Positions 41,894 through 52,258 of a stretch of DNA of 64,000 nt are shown one piece after another. Origin of the DNA: an uncultured Acidobacteriota bacterium (GTDB taxonomy: Bacteria; Acidobacteriota; Terriglobia; UBA7540); contig CAWDSK010000006.1 in NCBI GenBank assembly GCA_963804995.1, positions 224,001 through 288,000 of the forward strand, given 5' to 3'. The notes beneath the pieces were generated by a model that saw only the letters and a list, made by a program, of their open reading frames with translations, was not told the DNA's origin and did not search any database. The translations under genes and the position numbers were made by a program. How positions within the stretch are numbered: position 1 is the stretch's first letter; each line of letters starts with the position of its first letter.

Positions 41894-43018
41894 ATGGCCC
41901 GGAAGGCAGGTCAACTTATTTCTCGCGGACCCCACACGTGGCTGGTCCGTCTTTCTCTCGGCCGCGAGCCGGAAACCGGAACGCGGAAGTATCACAACAA
42001 GACAATTCGCGGCTCATTCCGCGAAGCTCAGACCTATCTGAATTCAAAATTGCAAGAACGTGATATTGGTCGTCTGCCGCGCGCGGCTGCGATCAGTCTC
42101 AATCAATACTTGGATCAATGGCTCTCCATGGCGGCGAAGCCGAGGCTGCGGCCGAAGAGCTACGCCGATTACGAAGCCCTTCTGCGGCTTCACATCCGTC
42201 CAGCATTTGGCGCCAGACCTCTTGGCGCTATCACTCAGTTCGACATTCAGAAGGTATACGCCCAGATGTTAGAGCGCGGGTTATCGCCGCGAACTATTGA
42301 GTACACCAACGCGGTTCTGCAGTCTGCCTTCCGCCAGGCAGTGCGCTGGAAAATGCTTTTCGAAGATCCATGCGTGGGCGTAGATCTTCCCCGCATGAAG
42401 CCGCGGGAGATGGAGGCTCTCAGCGTTGAGGAATGCCGGCGGTTTCTCGCCGTTGCAAGAGATTCGCACTGGTTCGGGTTATTGGCCCTGGCCCTGACCA
42501 CCGGAATGAGACCCAGCGAGTACTTGGCACTTAAGTGGGTCGATATCGACTGGCATCGAGGCACGGCGAGCGTTTGTCGGACAATTCAGCGCTCAGGGTC
42601 TGGCTGGACTTTCGAAGATACGAAACGCAAACGGAGCCGCCGTCTCGTAAAGCTGCAGGGCTTTGTGCTGGAAGCTTTGGAGAGCGTGCGAAATTCGTAT
42701 CTGCCAACGTCGGAAAATGAACCCAAAGTGGAGCGCGACTTGATCTTCCGGTCGGGCACCGGAGCTCCCTTAAGACAACGTACGGTAAAACGTGAATTCC
42801 GAAGGTTGCTGGAAGCCTCTGGCATTCGACCTATTCGGCTCTATGACCTTCGACACACCGCCGCAACCCTAGCAATCGCGGCGGGTGTATCTGTCAAGGT
42901 TATTTCCGACCAGCTCGGGCATGCAAGCATTTCGTTTACGCTGGAGCGCTATTCCCATCTACTTCCCAGCATCCAGGATGAAGCCGCCGCCCGAGTAGAG
43001 CGGCTGCTGATGGAGTAA
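41894..43018 (+). CDS. Tyrosine recombinase / phage-type integrase
   Basis: TTGMRPSE, LYDLRHT, QLGHAS, Y; AGGAGG RBS before ATG 41894. Confidence 0.93.
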   Translation: MARKAGQLISRGPHTWLVRLSLGREPETGTRKYHNKTIRGSFREAQTYLNSKLQERDIGRLPRAAAISLNQYLDQWLSMAAKPRLRPKSYADYEALLRLHIRPAFGARPLGAITQFDIQKVYAQMLERGLSPRTIEYTNAVLQSAFRQAVRWKMLFEDPCVGVDLPRMKPREMEALSVEECRRFLAVARDSHWFGLLALALTTGMRPSEYLALKWVDIDWHRGTASVCRTIQRSGSGWTFEDTKRKRSRRLVKLQGFVLEALESVRNSYLPTSENEPKVERDLIFRSGTGAPLRQRTVKREFRRLLEASGIRPIRLYDLRHTAATLAIAAGVSVKVISDQLGHASISFTLERYSHLLPSIQDEAAARVERLLME

Positions 43019-43515
43019 ATCTTCGTGTCGCCCTGAGGATTCACATTGGTAAGTAGGGCGAACCGACCCTGCCATACCTCTCAACGGGAGTCGTGTGCTT
43101 CAATCGACGCTCGTGGGGAGCGGGCGGACCCGGCCAAAAGCGCCAAAGAAACTGAGTCACCGGCGGAGAAGCGGAGGATACCCCGTTCAAAATTGCGTAT
43201 TCCTCAACGCGTCGTGATGGGATATTTCGGGAAGTTGCTACTGAGACCACGATCAGTTCCACCCCTTCAAAACCCTCATAAATCCCGATCTCCGCCGCCC
43301 CTGTGTGCGGGTTGTGTGCCGCGTTAAACGTCCCAGGCGCGGATGGAAAGCACGAACAGCACGGCCGCGCCTTCCGGAAAAGAGCACGTAACTCGAAACC
43401 GGCGCAGAGAAGCTGTGTCAGGTGCTGCGATCGGATTTGGAGTATTCCAATGTGACGCATACAGATTTTGCCCAACGCAAGGGCTGTCGTGGAACTTATA
43501 AGTAGAGACTGGGGA

Positions 43516-43581
43516 CTAGAGATACCTGCCTCCAATCTCCTGCCGGTGTGTCTGGTTTTGATTTACCCACCAGTACCGCAT
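43516..43581 (-). pseudogene. N-terminal remnant of an HNH-endonuclease-like gene
   Basis: MRYWWVNQNQTHRQEIGGRYL followed by a stop. Confidence 0.55.
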
Positions 43582-43659
43582 GTTCGAGCCGCCGGATAGC
43601 CTGGTGCAACTCACGTTGCCCTGCGGGAGTTCTCGTGAGTACGCAGAGAGGATGGTCGC

Positions 43660-44237
43660 ATGAGCGATTTCGAACACCGCCTCAAGCACGAGCTCGAGCC
43701 TGTATTGGAGCTCTCGGACCCGCGCACCCGCATCAGTGCCTATCACGACATGCCGTATGCGTTATTCCGCTACGACCCGGCGGAGGAATATGATCTGCGT
43801 CAGCAGGTCACTCTTCTCGAAACCCGACTCACGCAAAAGGGCAAGCGCGTCTGGCGCATTTCGCTCGCGGAATGTCTCGAACGAAGCAATGCGTTCCCAA
43901 CGACCGCTTGCAGAGTGGTTTACCGCAGAGCGCGAACAGGGCGTTGAGACAATTGTTGATACGGTTCACGCGGTGTTATCCGAGTATTCACCGCTCGTTG
44001 ATCTTGTAGCGAAGCGCATGCCAGAAGAACCAGACCCGATGCGTGATGTGGTATTCATCCTTCAGGACGGGTGCGTTGTTTCCGGTTTATCGGACGTTCT
44101 CACTCTTGGAGCAATTAAAAGGGCGTGTTTCCGTTCCGACCCGTCTGTTTTACCCCGGTACGCTCGATGGCGCCGCGGGACCTCGTTTCATGGATGTCCT
44201 GGATGCGGAGCACAACTACAGGCCGAAGATTTTTTGA
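43660..44237 (+). pseudogene. brxB: BREX BrxB-like (DUF1788) gene, two frameshifts
   Basis: Three consecutive ORF pieces (ALFRYDPAEEY / EWFTAE / TGALFP..FYPG) directly upstream of brxC. Confidence 0.7.
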
Positions 44238-44261
44238 GGAATCGATTTTTGAGAGATCATC

Positions 44262-45355
44262 ATGACTAACCAGCCGATCAAGACTCTCTTCGCCAGCAAT
44301 ATTCAGCGCCGGATCGAGGAGGTCATCAAAGTTGACCAAACCGATGACCAAATCCTCCGAGACGAAATAGATGAGTATGTGGCAACGGACGCGATTTGCT
44401 CTCACTATGTAGGCATTTTTGACACGTACCAGGCGACGCCGAACAAGCCTCACGAGGGTATTGGCGTCTGGGTATCGGGCTTCTTTGGTTCTGGCAAGTC
44501 GAGCTTTGCCAAGATGCTCGGATTCTCCATTGCGAACCGGCCTGTGGCGGGCGGTTATGCCGCCGAGCTATTTGCCCAGCGAACCGGCGATAGTTAACTC
44601 CAAGTATTGCTCAAGACCATCGTCGAAAAGATTCCAACTCACCCAGTAATATTTGACGTTTCGACCGATCGCGGGATCCGAAGCGGAAAGCAGACCCTCA
44701 CCGAAATCATGTACGGTCTATTTTTACAAAGCCTCGGCTATGCCAAGGACCTCAACCTATCCGAGCTTGAAATAGCACTCGAAGAGAAAGGAAGGTTGCA
44801 ACGTTTCGAGGAGGAGTATCAGCGAATCTTCAATAAGGACTGGCGATCAGAAAAGGGCAAGGTCGCATTCGCCTTGAGTGAGGCCAGCCGGGTCCTCCAC
44901 AGCCTCGATCCCCAGACATATCCGATGGCCGATTCATGGGTGAAAGCGGTCAAGAACAAGGCGGACATTACGCCGGGTAAATTGGCCGACCGGGCTACTG
45001 AACTGATGAAACGGCGGAAGCCAGGGCACAATCTGCTTTTCGTAGTGGATGAAGTTGGGCAGTTCGTTGCCCGTGACGTGCAGAAAATGCTCGATCTGCA
45101 AGCTGTCGTGCAAAATCTGGGTGTCAGAGGGCGCGGCAAGCATTGGCTTGTGGTTACATCGCAGGAGAAGTTGGGTGAGACCGTCAGCGGTCTCGATGAC
45201 AAGAAGATCGAGTTGGCCCGCCTCATGGACCCCTTCCCTTTGCAGGTGCACCTGGAGCCCTCCGATATATCTGTAGTTACAAGTCGTCGTGTGCTCTCGA
45301 AGAACGCGGCGGCACAAGCGACCCTTGGCAAGCTCTTCGATGAACATCGCGGAAG
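44262..45355 (+). pseudogene. brxC: BREX BrxC-like P-loop ATPase, interrupted and truncated
   Basis: IEEVIKVDQ, WVSGFFGSGKSSF, VVDEVGQF, VTSQE; stop at 44595-44597; 3' part missing. Confidence 0.85.
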
Positions 45356-45417
45356 GCGCACTGACGCTCCATGTACTTGGCAACGGTGGCTTGAGAAAGT
45401 TCAATTCCGAGCTTTAG

Positions 45418-46762
45418 CAGGCTGATGAAAAAAGCGCATTAGCGAACAAATTTCCAATCATAGCTGGCCTTCCGGGTGTGAAACTGGTGTGGGCAAGGAG
45501 GTGCGAGGCCGAGATTTTGGCCTTTCCGCGTCTTGCCACCGGCCCCTGGGGAGACGGGGGCACACTTCGGCCCGGGGTTCATGCCGTCGCTCCCAAGAGG
45601 TTTCGCATGCGCACGAGGTTGTAGGCTGCGGCGGCCCAGGTAAACATCCAGCCCACGCGGGGCAGTCCGCGATACCGTGTTTTGCGCAGCAGGGCCACGG
45701 TTTTGAACCACCCAAAGATTTCTTCCACCCGCTTACGTTTCGTCTGGCTCACGGCATAACCCGCATGCCGGGTTGTTCGTTGATCAATCGCACTACCGCC
45801 CCGACGTTCGGTGTTCTGGGCCACATGCGGAGTAACCTTCAGCTTACGCAGTGCAGCGACGTGTGCGGCAACGTCATAATTCTTGTCGCCGCCCAAAGTC
45901 AGGCGCCCGCGCTTCTGCCGGCGCTTCGCTTGCACCATCTCCTCCGCCGCCTCGCGCTCGGCGGTTCCCGTCGCCGGCGTCAACCGCGTCTCCACCACCA
46001 GACCGTGGCGGTTCTCCATCAGCACATGACCGAGGAAGCCCAATTTCGCCTCCTGCCCTTTACTCTTTTTGTACAACCGGGCGTCGGGATCGGTGCTGGA
46101 GGCGTGGGTGTCGTTGGTGCGCTTTTGGCCGCGAAAGTCGACGCTCGGATTCCCCGCGTCGGAGTCGGTGGGCGGCGGCGTACCGGTGCGGGGCTTGAAA
46201 CTCTTCTGCCCTGCCCAAGCTTCGATCAGCGTCCCGTCGACGGTGAAATGTTCGTCCGAGAGCAACCCCTTTTCCCGCGCCAACTCCCCGATTTTCTCGA
46301 AAAAGGCGCGCGCCACCTCCGCTTCCAGCAACCGCTCTCGGTTCTTCGAGAACACGCTAAAATCCCAGATCGGGTCGTCCATGTTCAGCCCCACAAACCA
46401 GCGGAACAGCAGGTTGTAATCCAACTGTTCCATCAACATCCGCTCGCTGCGGACCGAATAGAGGCACTGCAACAACAAAGCGCGCAGCAACTTCTCGGGA
46501 GCGCTCGAGGGCCGGCCCCGCTCGGCGTACATGGCCTCAAAGCGCGGCGAAAGGCGCTTCAACACCGTGTCCACCATCTGGCGGATGGGCCGCAAGGGGT
46601 GATCGGCCGGAACCCGCTGCTCCGGCGAGAGATAACTGAACATCGCACCTTGTTGAACATCGTCTCCACGCATGAGGTATCCTCCTGTGGAATCACTGAA
46701 ATAGATGATACCCCATTGCGTATTTCAAATCAAGGGCTAAGTAGGCTTTTTTCATCAGCCTG
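45418..46762 (-). mobile_element. IS5-family insertion sequence
   Basis: Perfect 18-bp IR CAGGCTGATGAAAAAAGC; TTAG duplication at 45414-45417 and 46763-46766. Confidence 0.93.
45579..46673 (-). CDS. IS5-family transposase
   Basis: VPADHPLR, FTVDGTLIEAWA, GGDKNYD, RKRVEEIFGW. Confidence 0.93.
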   Translation of the reverse strand: MRGDDVQQGAMFSYLSPEQRVPADHPLRPIRQMVDTVLKRLSPRFEAMYAERGRPSSAPEKLLRALLLQCLYSVRSERMLMEQLDYNLLFRWFVGLNMDDPIWDFSVFSKNRERLLEAEVARAFFEKIGELAREKGLLSDEHFTVDGTLIEAWAGQKSFKPRTGTPPPTDSDAGNPSVDFRGQKRTNDTHASSTDPDARLYKKSKGQEAKLGFLGHVLMENRHGLVVETRLTPATGTAEREAAEEMVQAKRRQKRGRLTLGGDKNYDVAAHVAALRKLKVTPHVAQNTERRGGSAIDQRTTRHAGYAVSQTKRKRVEEIFGWFKTVALLRKTRYRGLPRVGWMFTWAAAAYNLVRMRNLLGATA

Positions 46763-47485
46763 TTAGGAGCTCGCCGTGGATGCGTGGTGCTCCCCAGAGC
46801 GGATTCGCCAAGCTCATCTTCCGGATGAGGTCTCGAACTTCACGAGCCACTTCCGGCCTTCCCGGCCTGCCCTGCCTACTCTTCCAGGTCCAATACAGAC
46901 GGAATCCCCGGCGATGCCAGGCAATGACCGTTTCCGGCTTGACGATGATGAGCGCAGAACGCCAGCCGGACCACAGGTGCAGCAGCCATGCCCACAAGAG
47001 GCGGTCCCCTCCGTGAGTCGAACGCGCCCACGCTGCGACCTTCGAAGCACGTTTATCTGGTGACGGAGGGCAAGAATCTCTAACTGCAAGGCCGCCCGTG
47101 TTTGGAAGCAGGCGCGGATGGTACCCAGGAAGGAAAGGAATAGGGTAAACATGGGAGCGGGAAGCTTAGCAGCGGATGCGGACCAACATCAACGATTTCT
47201 ATCCGGACGGAGTCTTTGGTAGGCACAGGTGACACACCCCGCCCACCCGAAACCGAGGCATTACAAACCTCGCAAGAACATCGCAAAAAGCCTCTTGACA
47301 CGGAAATTAAGGCAGATTAAACTGACATGGCAGTTTGCGTTTCCTCCAATGGTTAATGAACTGCACTCGATATGCCAGCGTCGTCTCATTTCTTGTACGC
47401 GTAGTCTCAGTGCGGAGTAACGCGTATGACCCCATCAACCATCACAGTTCAACTGCCGCAGGAAAAGCAGAGAAAGAGGTGCGCA

Positions 47486-50400
47486 ATGAGAAGCACTCGA
47501 TCTCAGGTGTGGAGTGCGTTTACAGGCTTAGTTGTGCTGGTCGTGTTCTCGGGCTGCGGTATGGATCTGAAGGCCCAACTGGCCACCGCCACACTGAGTG
47601 GCGTGGTGAACGATACTTCGGGGGCTGGGATTCCGGGCGCGCAAGTGACGCTGCAAAGTACGCTCGAACAAGCCAGCCGTCAAACGGTTACTGACTCTAC
47701 TGGGGCGTATGTCATCCCCGCCATACTTCCGGGTGCCTACCAGTTGGTGGTCAAGGCGAGCAGTTTCGAGACGCAGACCCTTACCAACATCGTCTTAGTG
47801 GCTGGGCAGGGGAGCACGCTCAATGCGACTCTAACCGTAGGCAAAACGGTAACGGAAATGGAGGTCAAGGAGGCGCCGCCTCTCCTCCAGACTACTACCG
47901 CCACCGTGGGGTCGGAAGTCACGGGAAGCCAATTTGTTGAGTTGCCGACGCTAGGCCGGAGCTTTCAATCACTCCTGGCCATTCTTCCCGGAGTGGCATA
48001 CGTCGCCACCGATGCCTACAACTTCAGCATTGGTGGGGGCGGATACAACAGTGTGGGGGCATCGGTAAATCCCTCCGTATACGGCCAACGAAATCGGTCC
48101 AACAACTACACGATCGACGGCGTCCCCAATGACCAAATCAGTTATAACGGCATTCCTATGTATCCTCCGCCCGAGGCGATTGGGGAAATGAAGGTGGAAT
48201 CGGGTGCGGACTCCGGCGCCTATGGTTGGTCTTCGGGTGCAACCATTACGCTGGTAACCAAGGCGGGGACCAATCAGTATCACGGTGACGCCTGGGAATT
48301 TCTGCAGAATAACGCGTTGAATGCCAGGAGTTTCTTCCTGCCCAGTGTAGGAGCCTTTAAATGGAACCAATTTGGGGGAACTTTTGGGGGACCTCTGGTC
48401 ATTCCGCATCTGCTGTCCAAGGAAAGGGCATGGTACATCTACGGATGGTATGAAGGGGCACGCATCCACCGCGCCGACAACTTCACAGGTCTGGTGCCCA
48501 CGGCTGATGAATTAGAAGGGAACTTCTCTGGGGAGCCGCAACTCTATAATCCATACACGAGCGTGGCCAACCCTGACGGCAGCCTCGCCAGTCGGCAACC
48601 CTTTATGGGGAACCAGATCGGTGGCGAACTGAATTCCACCGCATTGCTTATTGCCAAGGCGCTTTACCCTGCCCCCAATCTTGCTCCAGGGGTCATTCCC
48701 GGGGTCAACTACCTGAATACGGGTGCTGACATAAGCACCTATGACCAGTGGAGCATCCGCGTTGACCACCAGTTTGGCCAGAAGGACAGCTTTTATGCCC
48801 GCTTTACCGATTCCCGAAACCCGCAGTCAAGCATTGGATTGCCCGCTCTCCCATCAGGCTCAACAGACAACTTCATGAATGTCGCCGTCAGCGACACCCA
48901 CACCATTGGCCCTACAGCTCTGGTTACGGTCCGATTCGGACTTCAGAGAACGAACCCAGAATACTTTACTGGGGGCCAGGATGTGCTCAAGGCAGCGGGC
49001 ATGACGAGTTCTTTTCCTCCCTACCACGGCACGTTCGATTTGTTGCCTCCCATTTCGATCGGTAACTATGCGGGCATCGGACAGGGTATGGGCAGCGATG
49101 GGCCTGAGTTCCTCTGGTCTTGGACGGTAGACGCACAAAAGACCAAAGGACGCCACACGATCTCGTTCGGTGGCCGCGTTATGCGCAACACGTTCTTCAC
49201 CGACTGTCAGACCGGCACTTTTGAAGAATTCACCGCGGACCAGACAGCTTTTGGTCCGGGAACTGGAGGTGCTCTGGCGAGCTTCTTACTGGGATTGCCC
49301 GAGGCGGCCGGGCGCCTCCCCGGAAAGACATTTGGGGACTATTCGGACATGGTGTATTCCTACTATGCGCACGATAGTTTTCACGTCACCCCGAAGTTGA
49401 CCTTGAACCTCGGGATGCGATGGGATTATGCCGCTCCCATGATCAACAGCTACGGGGCTTCCACTTTCATGTATGAGACAGGCCAGTATCTCGTGGACGT
49501 CAAGAATCCCATTACCGGTGCCCCTGCTAACATTCGGCGCGGGGGCGTGGCCCCGGATTATCGCAGCTACCAGCCCCGATTTGGGGTCGCCTATTCCATA
49601 ACTCCAAAAACCGTGGTCCGCAGTGCCTACGGCGTCTTCTCCGATGCCTTCGGGGCCACGGGACAAAACGAAGAAAGCAACCACGGTAACTGGCCCTTTG
49701 CCTACAGCCAAACCCTGGGAAGCCTCAACTTGACCACTCCGATGGCTTTTATTCAGGACCCGTTTCCCGGTCCTGCGGTCCCTACCCCCACTGCTTTGGG
49801 GTTGGCTCAGGGGATGAACTATGATACTTCGAGCTCGCGAACGGGCTATGTGGAAGAGTGGAACTTCTCCGTGCAACGCCAACTTACGTCTTCGCTGATG
49901 CTGGAGGCCTCTTACGTAGGATCCCACGGCCTCAAGCTACCTTCGCAAATCATCGACAACACGGCGTCAACCCCCGGCACGGACCCTTACCAGAATAGGC
50001 AGAAATGGCCCAATTTCCCGCCTTATGTCGAGAACAACTATCACGAGAACAGCTCCAGGTACAATGGTTTGAGTTTTAGACTTGACCAACGCGCCACCAA
50101 GAATCTGACCTTCCTGGTCGCCTTCACCTGGCAGAAGGCCCTGGACAACATGGACTCGATAGGCTCCGGTGTAAATGCGGCTCGCCCACATGACAACGCG
50201 AACCCGACGCGGTTTAACATTCGCCAGTTCTGGGGACCGGCGGGTTTCGACATAGAGAAAATATTTAACACGAGCTACATCTATGAAATTCCCTTCAAGA
50301 CCCAAAGCTCCTTGTTGAATGCGGCGGTCGCCCACTGGACGCTCTCCGGCAATATTGCGGCCGATGGCGGCTTGCCTTACTTTGTGTTTATCGATGGTGA

Positions 50401-50779
50401 CAATGAGAACATTGGGAGCGTGGGACGGCTGATGGAATTCCCCGATCTGGTCAGTAATCCCAACGCGATTTCGCAACGAACCCCCACGCAGTGGTTCAAT
50501 ACTGCGGCCTACCAAATGCCCGCGTATGGGTCCTCTGGCAATGCGGGTAGACACGCTCTCTTCTCCGACCCGCTCTTGAACTGGGATTCGGCGTTCGCGA
50601 AGCGGTGGCCTTTTGGAGAAAATAGATCGGTGGAGTTCAGGGGAGAGTTTTTCAACTTTCTTAACCAGCATACTTTCGCTCCTCCGGCTAGTCTAATTAA
50701 TGACTCTAATTTCGGAGTGGTGAATTCCACCCGTCAAAATGGACGGCAGATCCAATTCGCTATCAAGATTCATTATTGA
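47486..50779 (+). CDS. TonB-dependent receptor (copy 1)
   Basis: Carboxypeptidase-regulatory domain, WNQFGGTFGGP, C-terminal QFAIKIHY; GAGG RBS before ATG 47486. Confidence 0.92.
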   Translation: MRSTRSQVWSAFTGLVVLVVFSGCGMDLKAQLATATLSGVVNDTSGAGIPGAQVTLQSTLEQASRQTVTDSTGAYVIPAILPGAYQLVVKASSFETQTLTNIVLVAGQGSTLNATLTVGKTVTEMEVKEAPPLLQTTTATVGSEVTGSQFVELPTLGRSFQSLLAILPGVAYVATDAYNFSIGGGGYNSVGASVNPSVYGQRNRSNNYTIDGVPNDQISYNGIPMYPPPEAIGEMKVESGADSGAYGWSSGATITLVTKAGTNQYHGDAWEFLQNNALNARSFFLPSVGAFKWNQFGGTFGGPLVIPHLLSKERAWYIYGWYEGARIHRADNFTGLVPTADELEGNFSGEPQLYNPYTSVANPDGSLASRQPFMGNQIGGELNSTALLIAKALYPAPNLAPGVIPGVNYLNTGADISTYDQWSIRVDHQFGQKDSFYARFTDSRNPQSSIGLPALPSGSTDNFMNVAVSDTHTIGPTALVTVRFGLQRTNPEYFTGGQDVLKAAGMTSSFPPYHGTFDLLPPISIGNYAGIGQGMGSDGPEFLWSWTVDAQKTKGRHTISFGGRVMRNTFFTDCQTGTFEEFTADQTAFGPGTGGALASFLLGLPEAAGRLPGKTFGDYSDMVYSYYAHDSFHVTPKLTLNLGMRWDYAAPMINSYGASTFMYETGQYLVDVKNPITGAPANIRRGGVAPDYRSYQPRFGVAYSITPKTVVRSAYGVFSDAFGATGQNEESNHGNWPFAYSQTLGSLNLTTPMAFIQDPFPGPAVPTPTALGLAQGMNYDTSSSRTGYVEEWNFSVQRQLTSSLMLEASYVGSHGLKLPSQIIDNTASTPGTDPYQNRQKWPNFPPYVENNYHENSSRYNGLSFRLDQRATKNLTFLVAFTWQKALDNMDSIGSGVNAARPHDNANPTRFNIRQFWGPAGFDIEKIFNTSYIYEIPFKTQSSLLNAAVAHWTLSGNIAADGGLPYFVFIDGDNENIGSVGRLMEFPDLVSNPNAISQRTPTQWFNTAAYQMPAYGSSGNAGRHALFSDPLLNWDSAFAKRWPFGENRSVEFRGEFFNFLNQHTFAPPASLINDSNFGVVNSTRQNGRQIQFAIKIHY

Positions 50780-50865
50780 AGACCCGAGGAGGTTCGACAA
50801 AACTCCTTTTATCAACAAACTGTGCGGCCGGAGGAGCAGTCTGAAAGCCAACCAGAGGTAATTTC

Positions 50866-51020
50866 TTGAACGAGGTTTCGGGCAAGAGACCCAAGGAGGT
50901 TGGAAACTCTCGAACTATTCTGGATGACCATCACGTCGATGCTGTTTACACAGCCACTCCGCATCACTGGTATGGCGTGGTTACGATTTTAGGCTGTCAG
51001 GCAGGCCAAGGAAGATTCAT
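50866..51020 (+). pseudogene. Gfo/Idh/MocA oxidoreductase fragment
   Basis: ILDDHHVDAVYTATPHHWY..GCQAG. Confidence 0.6.
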
Positions 51021-51125
51021 TTCAGGCTGCTTCTCGATAGCTTGTGCTGAATGTGTGTAGTCAGGGAAAAGGGTTTTGCTGGACTCGGTTGAACCGACGA
51101 ACGGGAACGGAAAATTGCAACCACG

Positions 51126-52160
51126 ATGGGCAAACTAAAGGATGAGCTAACCCGCCGAACGTTTCTGACCAGCGTGGGTGGCGCTGCAGTTATGGCTGGT
51201 CTGCCAGGTTTTCGATCTACTTCGCTTGCCCAGGACGAGCCTCCGGATCGCATCCGGGTTTGCATCTTTTCCAAGCACTTGCAATTCCTGGAATGGGAGG
51301 AGATGGCCAAAACCGCCTCGGACCTGGGATTTGATGGGGTTGACCTGACGGTGCGAAAGGGTGGACATGTCGAGCCGGAGCGCGTGAAGGACGACTTACC
51401 CAAAGTTGTTGATATCGTGCGCAAGGCAGGTCTGGACGTACCGATGATCACGGCTGGGATCGCGGACGCGCATTCCCCTCATGCAGAAGATATTTTGCGA
51501 ACCGCCAACTCGCTGGGCATTCATCGTTATCGGTGGGGTTGGTTTTACTGGACGGATTCGCCGTCGTCTGAGGAGACCGAAGAAGGCCGAGGCTTGTTCC
51601 TCCCTGGGGGGAAGACGCTGGTGGAGCGGCTCGCCGAGCTTAAGGCGCGGGTCAAGACACTCGAGGCAATCAACCAGAAGTACGGCATGTGCGCGATGTA
51701 TCACAATCATCATGGTTCGGAAGTGGGCTGCTCCCTCTGGGACCTTTGGTGGATTATCAAGGACTCTGACCCGAAATGGATTAGCTCCAACCTCGACATC
51801 GCCCAAGCGGTCATCGAAGGAGGCTGGGGAGGGTGGATCAATTACGTGCGCCTGATGGGAGAATCGGGCTATATCCAGGGAACGTCGATCAAGGATTTTA
51901 AATGGGGCAAGGACGCTAAGGGACGGTGGGAGCCGCAGTTTTGCCCCCTGGGCGAGGGGATGGTCCATTTCAACTCCTACTTTACGCTGCTGAAAGAAGC
52001 CAAATTCTCTGGACCCATCCAGCTACAATTCGAATACCCATTGGGCGGTGCGGACATGGGTGCCCGAACGTTGAAGATCGACAAGTCCCAGGTCTTGTCG
52101 GCCATGCGCAGAGACCTCAAAACCCTCCGGCGGATGCTGAGGGAAGCACAACTTACCTAA
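51126..52160 (+). CDS. Sugar phosphate isomerase/epimerase, Tat signal
   Basis: TRRTFL, FSKHLQ, GVDLTVRKGGHV, IKDFKW. Confidence 0.88.
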   Translation: MGKLKDELTRRTFLTSVGGAAVMAGLPGFRSTSLAQDEPPDRIRVCIFSKHLQFLEWEEMAKTASDLGFDGVDLTVRKGGHVEPERVKDDLPKVVDIVRKAGLDVPMITAGIADAHSPHAEDILRTANSLGIHRYRWGWFYWTDSPSSEETEEGRGLFLPGGKTLVERLAELKARVKTLEAINQKYGMCAMYHNHHGSEVGCSLWDLWWIIKDSDPKWISSNLDIAQAVIEGGWGGWINYVRLMGESGYIQGTSIKDFKWGKDAKGRWEPQFCPLGEGMVHFNSYFTLLKEAKFSGPIQLQFEYPLGGADMGARTLKIDKSQVLSAMRRDLKTLRRMLREAQLT

Positions 52161-52258
52161 ATGCTCAACCAGAGCGTCGGAGTGGCGCACGTAGTTGAGT
52201 GCTGGCAACTGGATCAGGGATGCAACCTCTTGCCTTTGGGGTATAAGATAGGTTGGTC

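Larger units (their letters stand above)
45358..47227 (-). mobile_element. Decayed integrase-core transposase element, split by IS5
   Basis: LEILALRHQ..IVKPETVIAWHR..WGAPRIHGELL continues as KLGIELSQATVAKYM beyond the IS5; TGT-starting end at 47227. Confidence 0.8.

Noticed and set aside
45489..46766. 425-aa + strand ORF
   Set aside because: Antisense shadow of the IS5 transposase
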